A stretch of DNA of 64,000 nucleotides, from the NCBI GenBank assembly GCA_964187785.1, contig OZ076409.1:23128001-23192000 (forward strand), given 5' to 3'. The notes below the pieces were generated by a model. It was not told where the DNA came from and ran no database searches. It saw only the letters and a list, made by a program, of their open reading frames with translations. This document shows positions 58,370 to 64,000 of the stretch, piece by piece (position 1 is the stretch's first letter; each line of letters starts with the position of its first letter). Both the position numbers and the translations under genes were made by a program. The DNA comes from Amphiscolops sp. MND2022 (Eukaryota).

Positions 58370-61300
58370 ATGGACTCCCGTCCAATTGCTTCTGTTGCTG
58401 ATCCTGGGGCCCAGAGTGGTCATGAGACACAGTACGTGTTTTCGGAGGGAGAAATGCGTCATAGTGACGCGGACAACGTTCGTTCGCGGGCAGTTGGTAA
58501 GTATTTTTTATTGCCTGATCCATTAAGCTTTAGTGAATGATACTACATCCAGATAGGCCTTTTCTGTTTCATATCTTCACAGCTTAGTTTTTCTTGACGC
58601 GTCGATGTTGGGATTGTACTTTTCTTTCAGAGCCCGAGGTGGTACCTCCTCCTCCTCCTGACGTAGGTTTGGACGACACTCCTGCGGTCAGTTCTAGTGT
58701 GGTCCCTTCAGTGGGTCCATCTTGTACTCCTTGTGTTTCCTCTGTTCCCGTCTCTGGTGGTGCTGAGACTCCTGAAGTGTCAAGGTCAAAACCTGGCATT
58801 ACTCTTCCTGGGCCACCTGTTGGTTCTTCTTGCGGAGGCGAGATGACATCCCCCGCGGGCGGTGATGACGTTTTCGGGGCGACAACTCCAAGAGCTGGGA
58901 TCCTTAGTCAGACCTCCAGATCTCCTCGGTTGTCATCTTTCTTGCCGGGTTTTGGAAAAACTTGTGCTGCCCTAGCGCAATCAGAATCGCGGAAGAGAGG
59001 TAAGCTTGAAGTATCATCTTGGTGTCTATATTGTGTGATAGTTTTGGTGTTTCATTTTTCTTTCTCTTTCCTCTCTTCTTCTAACGATTGTATCTTCGTT
59101 GGTATAATATATTGATGTTATAGTCGCGTCTACTGCTGCTGAAAGAACTGGGACAGGGTCTTCTGGCAAGAAAAAACGACAAGTGCGCGTCCAGACGGCT
59201 AACTTGCAGCTCGCTCAGCTGACTGTGAGCGGTAATAAAGATTTCTTTTCTTGTAACCATAACTTAGAGAGTCGTGATGACAGTTTGAGTATGGATCGAT
59301 TTTGTTTGTAGATTCTGGTGATTGTACTGCTCAGGACATCTCTGGAGTTAGCGATATTCCGGAAGTTGAACGTGCTGCAGTTGGACCTGTTCTGGCGAGT
59401 GAGTATTTGTATTATGATTGTGTTCATTGTTTTCTCTTTTCCTTTCTTTTCTCATTGGTACGTTTCGTAATCGTCATTTGGGCATTTTCTGTTGTCGTGT
59501 GGTTGCTATAGTCATGTTTTGGGTGGTATTAGTTCGTAGTTGTGTCGTTACATAGGGATGCAAGATCTCATGTCCCGAATGGAGAGTAGCCTGGAGGCTG
59601 TCGCCCTGCGTGAGAGTCCTGTCAGGAAGTATAGCAGTCGTCATCACTTGCGGAAAGACATGGTGGGCAATCATCCAGTCTTCAGCTTGTTCGTCAGTGG
59701 GGCCAGCAACGGGTCTGCATCGCGCTTCCACTGCATGATCTGTAAGCGCGATGTTTCGATGCAGTCTCGAGGTGCACGAGAGTTCGTTCGTCATTTCTCC
59801 GGAGATCGCCATTGGACACGAGATGTGGCATATCGAGTGCAGCATGGTATGCCAGTCTTTGATCAACTGATGAAACCTCTCGAGTTGACGTCTGAGCAGC
59901 GGGCTGAGTATCTCAGTCAGGACGTAGTCGAGAAAGACGAGGGTTTCAGTTTCCCCGAAAATTTGTTGCCTGCTTGCACTCGGGTCGATTCGACGATTCC
60001 TCTTCTCACCATGGTGAATTGTGTCGCTGAATTGTGTAGGTGGGGCGGCAGCTACGTCTTGCTTCGTAAACTGTGGGGCAACTTTCGCGCTACTCTGGGA
60101 CCTGACAATCCTCTATATAGTCTTCATTGGAATCGCCCTGAGACACTGGTCAGTAGGTTTTTATAGTATTAGTCTGTAGTATACGTAACGTAGTATTCAT
60201 TCTGCTGTTGTTATTTAGATGCGGGGCACTGACACGCTCGTCTATTCCGAGACGACGAACAAATTGCGACTGGGGATGTTGCTTCATGTACTTGATCTGT
60301 GTAAGTTGTTTTTGGTTTTTCACTTTCGTCGTTAGTATGGCCAGTCTTTGATAGGTTGTGTAGTATGGTGGTCACTCTGTTGTGTTTTCGTCTAGGTGAC
60401 GTAGTCTTCGATAGTTTGTTCTTAGTTTTCTCTTGTGTTTAGATCATTGCACTTTTAAGAAGCAGAAGTCTGGCCGTGCTGACTACGCGTTCCATGCGTA
60501 TAATGAAGTATGCCAATTTGTGTACTGTTTGCTGACCCGTAGCCGCAAGTTGTCTAGTCTGCCACCTCTCGACGATTGGGAATCTTACATGGATTCTTCA
60601 AAATTGGAGTCGTTTGAAAAGATTAGCAGTGACGACTTCTTGACCAATCATGAGTTCGGAGCTGAGTTGCATCGATCAAGTACCAGCGAGGTGTGCGAAT
60701 TTCGCAATCGCTGTCGGGAATTCGTCAAATCGTTTGGTTGACGTGATCTTGAGTCAGCAGGTCGTGTCCTCCGATTTCCTTCAGGGTCTGTATTGCTTCT
60801 GTCCTGAGTTGCTGCTAGAGGGGGACGATCGCCATATCTTCCAGCTGTTCTTTCGGCTGGTTCGTGTGCTTGAGCGTTGTGGCTGTCTTTCCAGTAGTGA
60901 TGCCCTGACTAGTCGTGAGGAATTTGCTACGTTACGTTTGTCGTCAGTGCTAGGACGCGACATCGTGACTCAGAGAGAAGGGCAGAACAGATTAAAGATG
61001 TTACTGTTTATTTGCTCTCTGATTACAGTTTTATGTCGCGAAGGAGTCTGGTGCGAGTCTTGAAAGTATGCTGCTTGGTGATAGATCGCCCTCAGAGGAA
61101 GATGCCTGATATTGAGATCGACTTGAAAGATTGTGCTGTTCCTGCTGCTGTCGTGATGTCGTGTTTGAGGGGCGTCCAAAGTCATGTGTCCTCTCCTGAT
61201 TACAAACAGGGTGCTTTCTTCACTCAAGGCACGATGGAGAGTGTTCGTGATGCGATCGCTAGCAGTCGCAATTTCATGTCGTGTGCTGGTTTTGATCCGT

Positions 61301-61764
61301 GGGAGGGCTTGGCGATTGGCGAACGTTCATCTTTCGTCCAGAAGTATTCGTCAGCTTTTGATGCTTATCTGAGTCGCAAGAAGAGCGAGGCTACTAAGCA
61401 GCTTCATAGTGCGAATCGGCAGCCGCGTCATGTTCAGTTCTCTGATTCAGGTGGTTCGGGCAAGTCAAGTGCCTGTAATTCTCCTCGTGCTGTGTTCCCG
61501 AGTTCCTCATTTGCTGTTGCTTCTTCAGAGTCAGGTTCTGAAGTTGGGACGTCAAAACAGCGCTCATATACTGCTGAGTCTGCATTAGCTGCTATTTTGG
61601 GACAGAAGAAGGAGGCGAAACCCACTAGTAAAGAGTCAGCTGTGCGGAAAGAGGCCTCCCCTAAGCTTGTCGTCAAGGATTCGGCGAAGAGTCAGAAAAA
61701 GGATGCCACGAAGAGTTCAAAGCCGTCTAGAAAACGGCCGGGTTCCAAGTCAGAGCTCGATTGA
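58370..61764 (+). CDS. Antisense 7-exon cargo gene in Gypsy 2: zinc-finger hAT-transposase-derived protein (frameshifts in last exon)
   Basis: Predicted exons 58370-58496, 58631-58999, 59124-59231, 59312-59398, 59556-60148, 60219-60300, 60443-61764, all GT-AG and phase-compatible. Zn finger at 59732-59812. Shifts near 60730 and 60940. Confidence 0.78.
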
Positions 61765-62067
61765 AACTTTTAACTGAGACTTTGATATTGCTGTTATTTT
61801 GAAAACTCTAGTGGTAGTCTTTGTAGTTCCATAGTTCATCCTGATGTATCGGGTTGTATTTGCTGTATGTTTGATGATTTTATTTTGCTGGCATTGAAAT
61901 TAGTTGATGATAGATGGCTCCTCAGCAAAAAAAATAGTATAGAAGTATTTGGAGTCAGAAAGAAAAAGAAAAATCCAGAAAAAAGGGAAGAAAAAAGGCC
62001 GTAGTATGCCAATAATTAAAGTTGTCAGGTCGGTTCGGTCTGGACACTTAGTGATACTGTTTTCTTT

Positions 62068-64000
62068 CTAGTGAGTCGTAGTGATAGCGTCAAGTCGTCT
62101 GAAGTCAGGATTAGCGTTAGGTTTAGGATTAGGTCGTAAATTGTATTTTGCTATTTTTCTTGGGTTATATCCGACAGCTGTAGGCGGTGATCTTGGGGGA
62201 ATAGGTGGACTTTCAATGGGTGGGGGGCGTCGTATGTATGGGTTATCTCCCACGTCTGTTGTAAGATTTGAAAAGTCCGGAGACAACGGCGCTGTGTCAT
62301 TTGTATCTTCGATGTAATTTTTTGGCGTTTGCGACGTTGCGTCTTCGTCATTTGTATTTGTCGCTTCTTGTGTTTCTGCGTGATGGTTGTTTCTTGTGTT
62401 TTCTGATGTTTCGTGTTCATCAATCTGTTTACCAAAATCCATTTCCCATGATACTGCATACCATTCATTGTGTGAGATTTTAACGTCTGGATCAGAAAGG
62501 TAGTCGTTGGCTCGTACTGTGTCGTCAGGCAAGCGTTGTTCAGGTACGTAAGGTCGTATTCGGACTCTATGTAGCGTTTGTGTGTATCTCGTTCCAAGTT
62601 TTCGTATTGTGTAGTTGTTATTTGATAGTGCTTTTATCACAATATACGGTCCTGTCCAAATGCAATCTTGGAACGCGAACTTTGTCGACTGATTGTCGGC
62701 TTTCGGGTTCAGAATGTAGCAATAGTCATTTACTTTGAGCGGGGCTGCCGACGCTTTGCGGTCGTAATATTTTTTGTATTTGAGATAAGACAGCATGATG
62801 TTGTCCTTCGCTGTCGCCCTCACTTCGTTGATTTGTTTTTGTAGTTGTTCTGCTATGTCCGAGTTAGGGGTGGTTTTCCACTTTGGCTTGATGCCCAGTT
62901 TTAAATCAAGAACGTTGTAGGGTATACGTCCATGGAATACTGTGGATGGTTCACAACCTAGTGTTTCATGATACGTTGTATTGTAATTCATGACTGCAAT
63001 TTGGACATATTTGTGCCACATTGAACGTCTTTCACCCATCGATATTTTTAGGGCAGTTTTGATTGAAGCATGAGTTCTCTCCAAAATTCCGATTGTTTGT
63101 GCATGTTTTGTAGACGCGTGGCTAATCTGGATTTCGAGTATCTGAGTTATTTCTGCAACGACTTCTGATCGGAATTGAGATCCCTTATCCGATAATATCA
63201 GTGTTGGCAAGTATGCGTGTCTTGTCATGACGTCGACAATGCAGCGTCCGATTGTTTTCGCTGTGACATTCTGTGTTGGGTATGCGAATAGGTAGCGTGA
63301 AAATACGTCAATCATCGTAACAATGTTTTGGTATCCTGCAGAATTGGGTAGGTTCGGCAATATATCGATTTCGAGAATGTCCTCCGGACCTAGGACGTGT
63401 TCCGTATTGTTGATCATCTTCGGTCTGATTTGACTGTTGTTGATTCGTTTGTATTTGATGCAGTCTTCGCATCGCATCACCCATTGTCTGATCCGTTTTG
63501 CTAGTCCGGGATAATAGTATTTTGATCTGAATTCGAGGATCATTTTTGTGATCCCTGGGTGTTTTCCCATTTGTCCATGGAGTGCTTTCAGAAGTTCAGT
63601 AATCAAATGCTCAGGGATTAGTATTTGGTGATGAGTAACCTGACCGCACTCTCCGTAGTATTTGCGCATGAGTATTCCATCTTTGACTATGAGTCTGTTT
63701 TCATGGACTAGGAGACGTTTTGCTGTCGGGTCAGTTTGTAAAAGATGTTTGTCATATTCTTCGCATATCAACTTCTTTTTGATTGCTTTGAAAACTTGGT
63801 TTGAGTCTTGCTCTACTCTGATGCGTGCGTCTTCTTTTATTGCCCCAAAGGTGTAAGAGGCTTTATTTATCGGGATTGGTGTTGTTTCTTTTATGGCTAG
63901 TTTTATTTTTGTCGTCTCTTCATCGCGCGCATTTTGTCTTGCTTGTTCTTTTTGTAGGAAGATTTCTTCTTCGGTTTCAATTGTTTCATCTGGAAGGAAG
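62068..64000 (-). CDS. pol: pol of Gypsy 2 (integrase region; 5' part outside the window)
   Basis: H....KHPG...C..C zinc domain, DDE core EID...SDKG...LERTH, GPY motif. Confidence 0.95.
   Translation of the reverse strand, partial: FLPDETIETEEEIFLQKEQARQNARDEETTKIKLAIKETTPIPINKASYTFGAIKEDARIRVEQDSNQVFKAIKKKLICEEYDKHLLQTDPTAKRLLVHENRLIVKDGILMRKYYGECGQVTHHQILIPEHLITELLKALHGQMGKHPGITKMILEFRSKYYYPGLAKRIRQWVMRCEDCIKYKRINNSQIRPKMINNTEHVLGPEDILEIDILPNLPNSAGYQNIVTMIDVFSRYLFAYPTQNVTAKTIGRCIVDVMTRHAYLPTLILSDKGSQFRSEVVAEITQILEIQISHASTKHAQTIGILERTHASIKTALKISMGERRSMWHKYVQIAVMNYNTTYHETLGCEPSTVFHGRIPYNVLDLKLGIKPKWKTTPNSDIAEQLQKQINEVRATAKDNIMLSYLKYKKYYDRKASAAPLKVNDYCYILNPKADNQSTKFAFQDCIWTGPYIVIKALSNNNYTIRKLGTRYTQTLHRVRIRPYVPEQRLPDDTVRANDYLSDPDVKISHNEWYAVSWEMDFGKQIDEHETSENTRNNHHAETQEATNTNDEDATSQTPKNYIEDTNDTAPLSPDFSNLTTDVGDNPYIRRPPPIESPPIPPRSPPTAVGYNPRKIAKYNLRPNPKPNANPDFRRLDAITTTH

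Larger units (their letters stand above)
54818..64000 (-). mobile_element. Ty3/Gypsy LTR retrotransposon 2 (3' part; continues beyond the window)
   Basis: Integrase homologous to that of Gypsy 1 (GPEDILEID, FSRYLFA, YYDRKA, WTGPY). LTR end ...CGTAACA at 54818, with a gag-like MSTTRSQ ORF inside the LTR. The inner LTR boundary and PPT were not located. Confidence 0.88.

Overview
Repeat-rich animal (probably invertebrate) genomic DNA containing one host gene and several mobile elements. From left to right: (1) two decayed non-LTR retrotransposon (LINE) copies on the minus strand (1-2896). (2) A Ty3/Gypsy LTR retrotransposon (3501-18058). The first 250 bp of its 5' LTR lie inverted at 19499-19748, and a matching 5-bp TSD indicates a ~16-kb inversion after insertion. 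(3) Clusters of nested MITEs. (4) A full-length 17.1-kb Polinton/Maverick (adintovirus-like; 21036-38122) with 356-bp TIRs, a TATAAT TSD, pPolB, protease, capsids, integrase and ATPase. (5) The spliced host gene eIF3a (38213-52279). (6) The 3' part of a second, divergent Gypsy element on the minus strand (54818 to the window end). The main observation is that both Gypsy elements carry, between pol and the 3' LTR and in antisense orientation, a multi-exon spliceosomal gene. The two genes are homologous, share a C-x2-C-x16-H-x5-H zinc finger and two apparent intron positions, and resemble hAT DNA transposases that have lost their catalytic motifs. All homology calls are by-eye motif recognition; no database search was run.
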